Below, piece after piece: positions 17,741-26,818 of a DNA stretch of 32,000 nucleotides. This stretch comes from Acaryochloris marina MBIC11017 (GTDB taxonomy: Bacteria; Cyanobacteriota; Cyanobacteriia; Thermosynechococcales; Thermosynechococcaceae): positions 240,001-272,000 of the forward strand of contig NC_009927.1 in NCBI RefSeq assembly GCF_000018105.1, written 5' to 3'. A model generated the notes under the pieces. The model searched no databases. It was not told the origin of the DNA and saw only the letters and a program-made list of their open reading frames with translations. Each line of letters starts with the position of its first letter. The stretch's first letter is position 1. The translations under genes and the position numbers were made by a program.

Positions 17741-18110
17741 CTAAAACACCAACTTAGCAATCGCCCCCTCCACCTGCTCATCGGTGACCTCCAAGTACCC
17801 CGACAGTGCGGTCAGTGTCCTGTGCCCCGAAATCCGCTGAATATGCTTCGTTGGCACTCCAGCATTATGCATCCGTGTCAGGGCCGTGCGTCTGAAACTA
17901 TGGGTGCTAAAGCCTTCCAGTCCCACCCTAGCAAAAGCTTGCCTCAAGATTCAGTCTGCTGATACGTCACCAGATCCCGGGCCATCTTCTCATGCATTGC
18001 CACTTCGCGGGTATCCAGCTATCCCTTAGTGTGCATACGCCGAGACAATACCGTTAGTCGGGGACCATTCGCACATACCATATCACTGGTGAGTATCTTT
18101 CAAACTTCAC
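17741..18110 (-). pseudogene. decayed tyrosine recombinase/integrase
   Basis: The 68-aa ORF 17741..17947 holds only the C-terminal catalytic part (HSFRRTALTRM ... GHRTLTALSGYL, i.e. HxxR, H, Y). It is preceded by an in-frame TGA (17951-17953). Upstream, another frame reads TVLSRRMHTKG*LDTREVAMHEKMARDLVTYQQ, which is integrase-core-like but has an internal TAG and a frameshift. The upstream limit is approximate. Confidence 0.6.
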
Positions 18111-18535
18111 TGATCCGACAAGCGGTATAAATGCATGCTCCAAACTATGCAATAACACAGGAGGTCTGTAATCCTGCCGTAAATTACAGATGAACATGAT
18201 TCGGGGACAATACCCCTGCTTGTCCAAACCAATCCTGTTTCATAGTGGTATTCTACATGCTTTTTTGCAACAAAGGCCTCCTGAACCTTTTAGGTCTATG
18301 TGTTCTAATCTCGTCGATTTGTTGATATTTCCCACACTGAAACTGGCGGGTAAAAGACGTGCTTATTTAGTTCCAACTAGCTCTCCAACTGCTTTCCAAA
18401 AATGATCAACTGAATAACTGAGCCATTAAGCTTTACATCGATGAAATCTTATTTATAGTATAGTTTAAAACTAAATTAACCTATAAAAAGCAAAATAAAT
18501 TGTAGACTAATCATTGATTATCAATTTCGTAAAAA

Positions 18536-20143
18536 ATGACTGAACTGATGCAGTTTTCAGAAGAGCTAATAAGAGCCAAAGCATACCTAATCTACCTTCA
18601 ACAAAAGGAGAATGGGGTTTCTACATGTGATGAACAAAACTGGCAAACAGCTATTGATGAGCTGCTAAAAGAAAAGAATATGGTGATCAAGAACACCTCA
18701 AATCTGAGATGGCCTCTTATTAGAAAAATATGGAAAGAATTAGAGTATGAAGCTGCTAGAGAAAAAACTAAAATCTTTATTTCTTTTTTAGGTCTAGGTG
18801 CAACTGTTATAGCAGCAATAGGGCTAGGAGTCAATTATCAACTTTCAGAAAAAAAACTTATAACTGACCGTTTTATAAAAGCCGTAGATCTTTTAGCATC
18901 TGGAACAAGTGAGACTGCAATTATAGGAGGAATGTTTTCACTTGAAAAACTTGCTATAGATTCTGTAAATGATCATTGGACTATCATGGAACTGCTATCC
19001 AGCTATATAGTTAAAAATTCATCTTTAGAAGAAAATAATACTCCACCTACAAAGATTAGTAATGAAGTAGAGTTAGCCATAAAAATAATTTGTAGAAGAA
19101 AAATAGAGAGAGATCCTACAGAAGGTAAGTTGAATTTAAATAGAATCAATCTCTCTGGTGCTAAACTTAGGAATGCCAAATTCAAAAATTTAAACCTAGT
19201 CAATTCTAACCTTATTAGTGCTGATTTATCTAACGCTGATCTGAGAGGTGCCAACTTTAGTGAAACAACCTTTGATAAAGCTATTCTTAAAAATGCCGTT
19301 ATTGATAAGACTACAAAGATTGACCTTAAATGGAGAATTGTCCACCAGTTAGTAAACAAAAATGGAATAGGAAAAAATCTTAAAGGAACAGACTTAGTCA
19401 ATGTCCAACTAAATGATATAGACCTTAAAAAAGCCAACCTTGAAGGTGCAAATCTCAGCAATACATCCTTAAAAAATGCCAATCTCAGTGAAGCCAAGCT
19501 ATTTCAAGCAGATCTTGAAGAGGCAGATCTCAGTGACTCTAAACTAATTGAGGCGGATCTTAAAGAGGCAGATCTCAGTAATGCCACATTAGTTGAAGCA
19601 AATCTTAAAAAGGCGGATCTCAGCAAAGCCAAGCTATTTCAAGCAGATCTCAAAGAGGGTAATCTTAGTCATTCCAAATTAATTGAGGCAGACCTAGTCA
19701 ATGCTGATCTCAGTAAAGCCATACTTAAAAGTGCTGAACTAAACAAGTCTTACCTTACATTTGCTAAATTGCAAGAAGCTAACCTAACCAATGCCCAACT
19801 AACCGAAGCCTACCTCATAAGTACATCGTTGAGAGAAGCTGATCTTCGTTCTGCTAACCTTCTTAAGGCCGACCTCCGTTGGGCCGACCTCATTAATTCA
19901 GATCTAAGAGGAGCCAATCTCAGAGAAACCAAGCTTAGTGGAGCCAGACTCTATGGTGCCAATCTCAAAGATGCTGATCTCAGCAAGGCTAATCTTAGTG
20001 CAGATAACGAAGGTAATAAAGATGTCCGCCTCATTGGAGTTGACCTAAGTGGAGCCAAACTCTGTCAAACTAAGCTTCCCAGAAAATCAAGTCTGAACCC
20101 AAATCGTGATTGCAAAGAACTCGGTCTCGATATAGAAAAATAG
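18536..20143 (+). CDS. membrane-anchored pentapeptide-repeat protein (DUF2934-like N-terminus, one TM helix)
   Basis: 535 aa. The N-terminus IRAKAYLIYLQQKENGVSTCDEQNWQTAIDEL resembles the DUF2934 pattern (AY.iW...G.....dW..Ae). The TM segment is IFISFLGLGATVIAAIGLGV. More than 50 pentapeptide units follow from about aa 200 (ADLSNADLRGANFSET...). It is low GC (~38% in a hand-counted line). Confidence 0.85.
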   Translation: MTELMQFSEELIRAKAYLIYLQQKENGVSTCDEQNWQTAIDELLKEKNMVIKNTSNLRWPLIRKIWKELEYEAAREKTKIFISFLGLGATVIAAIGLGVNYQLSEKKLITDRFIKAVDLLASGTSETAIIGGMFSLEKLAIDSVNDHWTIMELLSSYIVKNSSLEENNTPPTKISNEVELAIKIICRRKIERDPTEGKLNLNRINLSGAKLRNAKFKNLNLVNSNLISADLSNADLRGANFSETTFDKAILKNAVIDKTTKIDLKWRIVHQLVNKNGIGKNLKGTDLVNVQLNDIDLKKANLEGANLSNTSLKNANLSEAKLFQADLEEADLSDSKLIEADLKEADLSNATLVEANLKKADLSKAKLFQADLKEGNLSHSKLIEADLVNADLSKAILKSAELNKSYLTFAKLQEANLTNAQLTEAYLISTSLREADLRSANLLKADLRWADLINSDLRGANLRETKLSGARLYGANLKDADLSKANLSADNEGNKDVRLIGVDLSGAKLCQTKLPRKSSLNPNRDCKELGLDIEK

Positions 20144-20291
20144 TTTTTAGCAAACACATTGGTCCCTAAATAGACCAAAGGAACATTAAATATATTTATA
20201 TTATATGTCTCATGCTAATATTTTAAAAAATTTTTGTATTTTTATACATTAATTCAGTTTAATTAGCCAAAACTCTTCTATTTCTAACTTA

Positions 20292-23200
20292 TTAAGTTAT
20301 TGCACCTAAGTTCAAAAGTGCTGATTTTTCAGTATCAGATATACCTCGAATATTAGATATTTTCATGTTTGAATAAGGTTTATTGTCAAACACCTTAGAT
20401 GGTTGTCTAGTATCTAGATCCCAAAGTATAATCTTGTCATCATGACCACAACTAGCAACTTCTCCTGTTTTGCTCATTGTTACACTGTAAACACCACCTG
20501 TATGACCAATTAGATCGTATATACATTTACCTGAGTTAATATCCCAAATCTTTACAAGATTATCACTACTTGCACTTACTAATCTAGATGACTGTGAGAG
20601 GAAACATAATGAATTAACATAGTTAGAATGACCTTTTAGCTCTAATAACTTAACTCCAGTTTGAGAATTCCATAACTTAATTAAATGATCTTCTCCGCCT
20701 GTAGCAACTAGTTTACCGTCACTAGAAAATACAACTGAAGTAAGTCTTTTGCTATGTGCTGAATCGACGACTTTACATGGCCTATCTGAATCAGTAGACC
20801 AAAAGACTAATCTTCTATCTTCACCAACAGAAGCAATTATTCTACTTCCTGGATCAAATGAAATTGCCCTAATAGTATCTGTATGGTACTCATAAAGCCG
20901 ATGGCACTCCCATGCTTTAGTCTCCCAAAGTCTTATTGTATTATCATTGCTTCCACTGACTAAAAATTGACCATCTGGGCTGAATTCTAAAGAGCGTATC
21001 CAATTAGTATGTCCTTTCAATATTTTAAATTCTTTGTCGCTATCAACATTCCAAATTCTAATAATTTCATCGTCCCCTGCACTAGCTAAGTATTTATCAT
21101 TCGGGTGAAATGATAAAGTTCGAACCGAGCCATCATGATCTGAGAACTTTTTCTTAATTTTTCCAGTTTCTATATTCCATAACTTAACAGATGTATCCTC
21201 TGTTGCACTGGCTATAGTAGTTGAATCATAGCTGAAGGAAATAGCCCACACCCAATTAGTTCTACCTTGTAAAGTCTTTTGACATGCATTAGTGAGCATA
21301 TTGCAAATCTGTACAGATTTATCCTCACTACCACTTACCAAAAGTGTTGACTTTGGATGAAATGAAACTGATCTAACCCAATTTTTATGTTTAACAAGGC
21401 TCCTAGATACAATATTGTCAGATTTAAGATCCCAAATAAGTACATTTTTATCTTCACCTGCACTAGCAAGAAAAGAGCCGTTATTACTAAAATCAACAGA
21501 CCATATAGGTCTTGAGTGTCCTTTAAGAGTGTTTTCGCATTTCCCACTCTTGAGATTCCAAAGCCTTATATCTGTGTCTTTACCACCACTAGCTAGAATA
21601 TCTCCATTTGGAGAGAATTTTAATGCTCTGACAACACCTAAATGTTCATCAAGAGTTTTGATACACTTACCAGATTTAATGTTCCATAGTTTTATATAGC
21701 TAGAATGACCAGCACTAGCTAAAACATCTTCAGAAGGTGAGAATACTATGGCTCGAACAGATCCAAGCTGTTCATCAATAGAAGTAATAACTTTCCAATT
21801 TGATGTTTGTCGAATAAATATTTTTCCATCATCACTAGCACTAGCAAAATATTCGCCACTACTGCTAAATGCTACAGATCTTACAGTTCCAGTATGATCT
21901 TTAAGCTCAATAACTTTACTCCTATCTCGAACATCCCATATAATTATTTTCCTATCATAACTACCACTTGCTAAGTGATAATCAGGCATTGGTGAAAATG
22001 CAATTGTTCTAACCCAGTCAGTATGACCCACCATAGTCATATATGCTTCAGGTAAAACAGAATCGGATTCAGAAATCCTCCAAAGACAAACTTCGTTACC
22101 CTCAGCAGTAGCAAGGAAATCGCCTGTGGCATTAAAACTAACACTAATAACTGGGGCAGATGATGTTACAAAACTAGAGTTTGATACATCTGCATCACTA
22201 AAGTTAGTCTCTCTCAAACTGGCATCAATTAAATTAGAGTTATACATTATACAATTAGAAAAATCTTTTCCCTCAAGAATAAAGGGATCTATCTTAGCTA
22301 GAAGTGTTGCTGCATTACCACCAGCATAACCAACTTCATCGAAAGTTTTACCTTTAGTAAAATATATAATTTCTAGTAATTTATTGATTGCTTCTTGCTT
22401 TGAATCAATCATAGGTAGAAATAAATCTGGAATCGCCTTAGCAAGAGGGAAGTCACCAATAGATTTGATTATTTTTTCAATATTCTCAGGCCTGAATAAT
22501 GTCAGGCCTGAGATAGAGACTATTTCGTCATTTTCATCAAACTCTCTAGTGAAATAAGATGACCATGAGTATTTAGTTGGGTTTTTAAGAGAATCGATCT
22601 TTGACTGTCTTCTAGCTAAATCTGTAAAGTCATCTTCAAGGATACCTAGTTCAGAAGCAAGTTTAAAAGCTACAAAAAATTCAGGGAAAGATCTATGTGC
22701 AGGAGAATAGTCACCGCTAGAATTTCGAATTAGGATTGCTTGGCCAGCCATGTCATGCTGCCAGTGATCTAAATCTTTTGCTTCCTGAACCTGTTTACCA
22801 AAACATGCTCTTAGCCTTTCAGGGAATTCTCTATAGTTAATAGTCAACTTATTATTTGAAAGCATTTCAAATGACAACTCACATAGAAAGAAAAGCTTGT
22901 CCGCTATTGAAGTAAAAGTTCGCTCTGCATCCCAATCTTTTTCCATTTTCTGACTTACTGCATATAAATACACTCTAGCTATATCAATAGGTCTTCCTGC
23001 AATAATATCCGGCAATGCTTCAAGTACTAATTCTGTCATTATTGGACGACAAGCTAAATCTAAAAGCTCAGGATTGCTAACGATTGTCTTAACCGTTTCA
23101 GGTGGAGCTTGTTTAGATAAAACTTGGCTAACTTGATCAATAGAGAATAACTCTAAATCCAAAGTTTCAAACTGTGCATAATCAGAAGTAGCTAATGGAT

Positions 23201-24746
23201 TAATATCCATTAGTGTTGAACTTAATATTTTTCTCGCTATATCTGCGTCAGGAAAATGCTCAGTTCTACAGGTTAAAATAACTTTTGAATTGGGAACAGC
23301 AATATCTGCTAATTCTCTAAAATTCTCTGTCATTTTTTGTTTATCAACTCTCGCCGCCATTTCGTCAAATCCATCAAAAATAAGCAATAGTTTGCCCATT
23401 CGATTTAGCTGCTCAAATGCAGCATAGTTAGGGAGGGAAAGATCATGCTTGCGAAAGAAAAATTCTGAAAATAAAGGTTCTATTTTTGAGGCATTTGCAT
23501 AGTCACGGAGTGGAACATAAATTGGTAGACGAGGTCTCTCTAGACCTTTCAATTGGGCTTCTTTATATTTTTTTAGTTGAGCCCATGCATAATGTAAAGC
23601 AAACCAGGTTTTACCTGTACCAAATTCACCTAGAATTGATATATGTTTTTTTGAAGGATCATCTTGCCACTTATCAATATAACCATCAATCCAACCATCT
23701 TTTTTTGAATATCTGCTACTTCCAATAAGCCTTCCAGTTTCAAAATCAATCTCATCTTTTTTGCAAGATAATGGTATATAAATATTTGAAATATTCCTCC
23801 GATTTACTTCATCTTCTAGCCATTTGAAGTAACCTTCAAAATCTGCATCTAAATCAATTAACTCGTCAAATGTATAACAAAATAGTTTAGGTTTAGGTTC
23901 TTTCTTTAACTTTTCTTTGACAGCATTTGAAACTCTTCTAGAAGTAACTAACCAACCAACGCTTGCACCATGGATTGTAGTAGATTTTTTTAACCTATTC
24001 AGGTTAGCTAATCCTATTTCACCATCAATGCCTCTTACAACTATCTTTTCGCGCCCGTGTATATGAACATGTACGCTAATAATCCACTCAAAATAATTAT
24101 TATTACTAAATATTTCACGCTCAAATTTATATCCTATTGCTTCAAACCAGCCTCTAAGTAATTTTGATAATTTTAATATATTTGAAGTATTTATATTAGA
24201 ATTAATATATTTTTTTTCAATTGTATATTTATGATTGAAAGTCTCAAGCAAAGTTTCTACGATATTTTCTGATTCAATCAAATTATCAATTTTATTTGTA
24301 ATTAAGCTAATATCATCTTGTAGATTTTTAATATTCTGATCTCTAATAACCTCAGAAGGTATTTCACTTAATTGTGAAAAATGGTAGAAAACTGCACAAA
24401 AATTCTTAATCTCTTTTACAAAATAACTTTTTGGTAAGTTATAAGAATTGATTTCATAAGCATCTGATATAGAGAAATCATTAGGATTTAAAAAATATTT
24501 TTTACTCCTAAATAAATTTTTGAAATTTATATCTCTCAATATGGGCAATAAAATTAGTAAAATCTTATCTTCTTTTGCATCACTATAGTGAATTATCGTA
24601 TAAGCATATAATTGATCAAATTCAGATGGAATTTGATTTGAGTCACCTAGGAATTTTCTTTTTAATCTGATGTATCTTTCTCTTCTACCAATATTCTGTG
24701 CTATCAACTTTAGAATGGCATTAATGACATTATCTACAATAATCAT
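20292..24746 (-). CDS. STAND NTPase: unassigned N-terminal region + degenerate Mrr/REase-like module + NACHT + helical region + pentapeptide-like linker + 14 WD40 repeats
   Basis: 1484 aa.
- NACHT: Walker A ILGEFGTGKTW (aa 371-381, nt ~23607-23630) and Walker B LLLIFDGFDEM.
- aa ~193-285 (nt ~23892-24170): LLRGWFEAIGYKFE...IVVRGIDGEIGLANLNRL...GWLVTSRRVSNAVKE resembles the Mrr-type restriction-endonuclease fold layout, but without a clear D/E-x-K.
- Linker: FSNCIMYNSNLIDASLRETNFSDADVSNSSF.
- WD40: 14 units.
- Tail: KPYSNMKISNIRGISDTEKSALLNLGAIT.
- Composition: very low GC (27% in line 20341-20400). Confidence 0.9.
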   Translation of the reverse strand: MIIVDNVINAILKLIAQNIGRRERYIRLKRKFLGDSNQIPSEFDQLYAYTIIHYSDAKEDKILLILLPILRDINFKNLFRSKKYFLNPNDFSISDAYEINSYNLPKSYFVKEIKNFCAVFYHFSQLSEIPSEVIRDQNIKNLQDDISLITNKIDNLIESENIVETLLETFNHKYTIEKKYINSNINTSNILKLSKLLRGWFEAIGYKFEREIFSNNNYFEWIISVHVHIHGREKIVVRGIDGEIGLANLNRLKKSTTIHGASVGWLVTSRRVSNAVKEKLKKEPKPKLFCYTFDELIDLDADFEGYFKWLEDEVNRRNISNIYIPLSCKKDEIDFETGRLIGSSRYSKKDGWIDGYIDKWQDDPSKKHISILGEFGTGKTWFALHYAWAQLKKYKEAQLKGLERPRLPIYVPLRDYANASKIEPLFSEFFFRKHDLSLPNYAAFEQLNRMGKLLLIFDGFDEMAARVDKQKMTENFRELADIAVPNSKVILTCRTEHFPDADIARKILSSTLMDINPLATSDYAQFETLDLELFSIDQVSQVLSKQAPPETVKTIVSNPELLDLACRPIMTELVLEALPDIIAGRPIDIARVYLYAVSQKMEKDWDAERTFTSIADKLFFLCELSFEMLSNNKLTINYREFPERLRACFGKQVQEAKDLDHWQHDMAGQAILIRNSSGDYSPAHRSFPEFFVAFKLASELGILEDDFTDLARRQSKIDSLKNPTKYSWSSYFTREFDENDEIVSISGLTLFRPENIEKIIKSIGDFPLAKAIPDLFLPMIDSKQEAINKLLEIIYFTKGKTFDEVGYAGGNAATLLAKIDPFILEGKDFSNCIMYNSNLIDASLRETNFSDADVSNSSFVTSSAPVISVSFNATGDFLATAEGNEVCLWRISESDSVLPEAYMTMVGHTDWVRTIAFSPMPDYHLASGSYDRKIIIWDVRDRSKVIELKDHTGTVRSVAFSSSGEYFASASDDGKIFIRQTSNWKVITSIDEQLGSVRAIVFSPSEDVLASAGHSSYIKLWNIKSGKCIKTLDEHLGVVRALKFSPNGDILASGGKDTDIRLWNLKSGKCENTLKGHSRPIWSVDFSNNGSFLASAGEDKNVLIWDLKSDNIVSRSLVKHKNWVRSVSFHPKSTLLVSGSEDKSVQICNMLTNACQKTLQGRTNWVWAISFSYDSTTIASATEDTSVKLWNIETGKIKKKFSDHDGSVRTLSFHPNDKYLASAGDDEIIRIWNVDSDKEFKILKGHTNWIRSLEFSPDGQFLVSGSNDNTIRLWETKAWECHRLYEYHTDTIRAISFDPGSRIIASVGEDRRLVFWSTDSDRPCKVVDSAHSKRLTSVVFSSDGKLVATGGEDHLIKLWNSQTGVKLLELKGHSNYVNSLCFLSQSSRLVSASSDNLVKIWDINSGKCIYDLIGHTGGVYSVTMSKTGEVASCGHDDKIILWDLDTRQPSKVFDNKPYSNMKISNIRGISDTEKSALLNLGAIT

Positions 24747-24975
24747 TTTAAGTGCGAAATAATGGCTTTATCATTTATAGACCATATTTCCAAGATATTA
24801 TTTGAATTTTATGAAATTATCATCATGAAAAATTATTACGTAAAAGTTCTTTAAAATAAATATCTACTCCTGAGAACTGCCTCACGTTGATACTTTTATA
24901 TGTTGTTTCTAGCTATACAATCACCTTTTAATACTTGATTCAGTAATGTATCTTACCTTTTATGCTATCTACAAC

Positions 24976-25548
24976 CTACCCCCACTGAATCTCCCCAAAC
25001 CGCCTCGGATTCAACATCGTATACGTCACCGTATGCTGGATATTCCGATGACCCAGCCAATCTTGAATCAACCTCGTATCCAATCCCTGATTTGCCAAGT
25101 GATACCCACAGCTATGGCGCAGCATATGGGGATGACACTTAATTCCTAGCTGCGCCAACTCTGCACAGCGGTTGATCAGACTCGTCACGGCATGACGCTT
25201 AAGATGTCCACCCCGTTCCCCGACAAACAGATACGGATCCGGGTAACCTTCAGCGCGTAAATCTTTCAAGGACTCCACCTCATCGGCCTGCAACGGATGG
25301 GTGCCACTGACGGACCCCTTGAGCCGAGTAATCCCAATGGCCTTCAGCTCCAACATTACCGCATCCCATCTCAGGGATATCGCTTCACTGACTCTCAACC
25401 CATGACGGAACATCAGCAGCAACAACGCTTTATCGCGGATCGGGTGACGGCCTCTCAACTCAGCGGCCATGATCAGCCGATTCACTTCCGCCAGGGTCAG
25501 ATACTCCCGACTGCGATAGTGTTCGTTTCGTTGGCGGCAAATGACCAT
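24976..25548 (-). CDS. small tyrosine recombinase (FimB/FimE-sized, catalytic domain only)
   Basis: 190 aa. Catalytic signature: RHGLRVSEA (Arg I), HPHMLRHSCG (H-x-x-R) and LGHRNIQHTVTYT (His, Tyr). It has no long N-terminal SAM-like arm, as in FimB/FimE-type and small plasmid resolvase-type tyrosine recombinases. Confidence 0.9.
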   Translation of the reverse strand: MVICRQRNEHYRSREYLTLAEVNRLIMAAELRGRHPIRDKALLLLMFRHGLRVSEAISLRWDAVMLELKAIGITRLKGSVSGTHPLQADEVESLKDLRAEGYPDPYLFVGERGGHLKRHAVTSLINRCAELAQLGIKCHPHMLRHSCGYHLANQGLDTRLIQDWLGHRNIQHTVTYTMLNPRRFGEIQWG

Positions 25549-25574
25549 TGAGTCCTTGTGGTTCCGATCTCACT

Positions 25575-25610
25575 GTAACTGATAACAAAATATATCTTTT
25601 GTAGTCAGTT
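25575..25610. promoter_or_regulatory. candidate tyrosine-recombinase core site (two inverted 15-bp arms around a 6-bp spacer)
   Basis: Sequence is TAACTGATAACAAAA-TATATC-TTTTGTAGTCAGTTA. The arms are reverse-complementary at 13/15 positions. The site lies 27-62 nt upstream of the recombinase start (25548). Its geometry matches dif/loxP/FRT-type sites. Confidence 0.35.
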
Positions 25611-25827
25611 ATAGAACGATTTTAGGGGGTTCTGGGGGTATGGGTCATTGAAGACCCTTCAATTAAGTTGAACTTATGAATGGTTTGGGGGCTGAAAGTA
25701 CTGGAAACTCGTTGAATAGTCTGTGAATGATAAGTTCTGCTGATGAAACGCCTTTTATTCAAAAAATCTTGCCACGGATGTTTGTGTCAAATGAGTAGCC
25801 AAGAGACAAAAACTAAATTCGTTAATT

Positions 25828-25851
25828 CCTGCTTGCATGCAAGCATGCAAG
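25828..25851. repeat. downstream copy of the GCATGC palindrome family
   Basis: There is a 16-bp perfect palindrome TGCTTGCATGCAAGCA at 25830-25845, followed by a second GCATGC (25843-25848). It lies 55-75 nt downstream of the RHH gene stop. A related copy, CCTGCTTGCATGCTTGCAT, lies inside the RHH gene at 26073-26091. Confidence 0.65.
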
Positions 25852-25903
25852 TATGCTTTCCTTGAATCCTGCTTAAATGAACGCATGACTACATGCTTTT
25901 AAT

Positions 25904-26200
25904 TCAGTGGCTGTCTTTATACTGATCCACAGATAGGACGATCAATTCAGCCAAAGTCTTTTCTTCTAAGGCAGCATATGCCTTCACTTCGCGATGCCAA
26001 TTTTTTGGAACTCTAACACACAAGTTCACCAGTTCTTCAGCCTTATTCCCTTCATCCATGCTTGTAGTTTTACCTGCTTGCATGCTTGCATTATCTTCTT
26101 GGACAACCTGATGTTTCTTTGAACCTTCAACTGCTTGGTCTTCTTCTTGATCTTTCTCTTTCTTAGCTTGTTCAAATATTTCAGTGTAGTTAGTTGGCAT
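25904..26200 (-). CDS. ribbon-helix-helix centromere-binding/ParG-like partner of ParA
   Basis: 98 aa. Its start overlaps the parA 3' end by 11 nt. The N-terminal part is acidic and Lys-rich and probably disordered. The C-terminus LCVRVPKNWHREVKAYAALEEKTLAELIVLSVDQY fits a beta-strand/helix/helix (RHH) layout. Confidence 0.6.
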   Translation of the reverse strand: MPTNYTEIFEQAKKEKDQEEDQAVEGSKKHQVVQEDNASMQAGKTTSMDEGNKAEELVNLCVRVPKNWHREVKAYAALEEKTLAELIVLSVDQYKDSH

Positions 26201-26798
26201 TCAGAATCTCCTCTACTTCAGTACCTATTGATTGATAGTCTCTCCAGGCCATTCGATCTCTTCCAGTCAAGTCAGCAACCGTTACTCCTTGAGCAATCGC
26301 CTTAGTAAAACCCGCCGCACGTCTAATCTGAGCTTTTAAGAGTGGGATTTTAGCCTCGATAAGACAATCCCTGACAGAAGTAGCTTCTTTACTGGGGGGA
26401 GGAGGGCATACAGTGAGCAAACAACGATATACGGACTCTTGATGCAACATTGGAATCATCGAAAGCATTGCTTGTAATGAAAAAGCATCTGGGATGGTTG
26501 GCAGTAAAGTGATATCTGCTCCCTGGCTGATTTCCTTTAGCTCATCACTACTGGGACGAGCTGGTGTATCTAACACAAGAAAGTCATTACCAGGGATAAA
26601 GCTGACTGCTCCTTTTTCGTTAACGACCTTGAACGGATGTTCTATAGGTGATCGTTCATACCATCTAAGACAACTTCGATTGGGATCAGAGTCAATTAGA
26701 AGTGTTTTTCCTTTAGTCCCGAAAAATTTTGCAACATGAATTGCACTGACAGATTTTCCTACTCCACCTTTAAAACCACTTACGGCTATTACTTTCAT
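26190..26798 (-). CDS. parA: ParA/Soj-family partition ATPase (small, type Ib-like)
   Basis: 202 aa. It has the deviant Walker A MKVIAVSGFKGGVGKSVSA (KGGxGK[ST]) and the LLIDSDP (A') and VLDTPA (Walker B) blocks. Confidence 0.9.
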   Translation of the reverse strand: MKVIAVSGFKGGVGKSVSAIHVAKFFGTKGKTLLIDSDPNRSCLRWYERSPIEHPFKVVNEKGAVSFIPGNDFLVLDTPARPSSDELKEISQGADITLLPTIPDAFSLQAMLSMIPMLHQESVYRCLLTVCPPPPSKEATSVRDCLIEAKIPLLKAQIRRAAGFTKAIAQGVTVADLTGRDRMAWRDYQSIGTEVEEILNAN

Positions 26799-26818
26799 TC
26801 CTGCTAGCCTTCTTGAAA

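Noticed and set aside
18190-18405. 71-aa + strand ORF in the decayed region between the integrase remnant and the low-GC island.
   Set aside because: It has no motif or convincing start context and lies in sequence that looks like gene debris. It is probably non-coding.
20159-20178. Hairpin TTGGTC-N8-GACCAA between the convergent pentapeptide and NACHT genes, as a bidirectional terminator.
   Set aside because: The stem is only 6 bp and has no flanking U-tracts of the usual form. That is too weak to call.
24747-25610. An invertible promoter (fim-switch-like inverton) controlling the NACHT gene through the FimB/E-sized recombinase.
   Set aside because: Inversion needs two sites in opposite orientation. 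I found only the single palindromic site at 25575-25610, and no second copy in 24747-24975 or elsewhere in the window by eye. Multimer resolution is the simpler reading. Long-read data could revive the idea.
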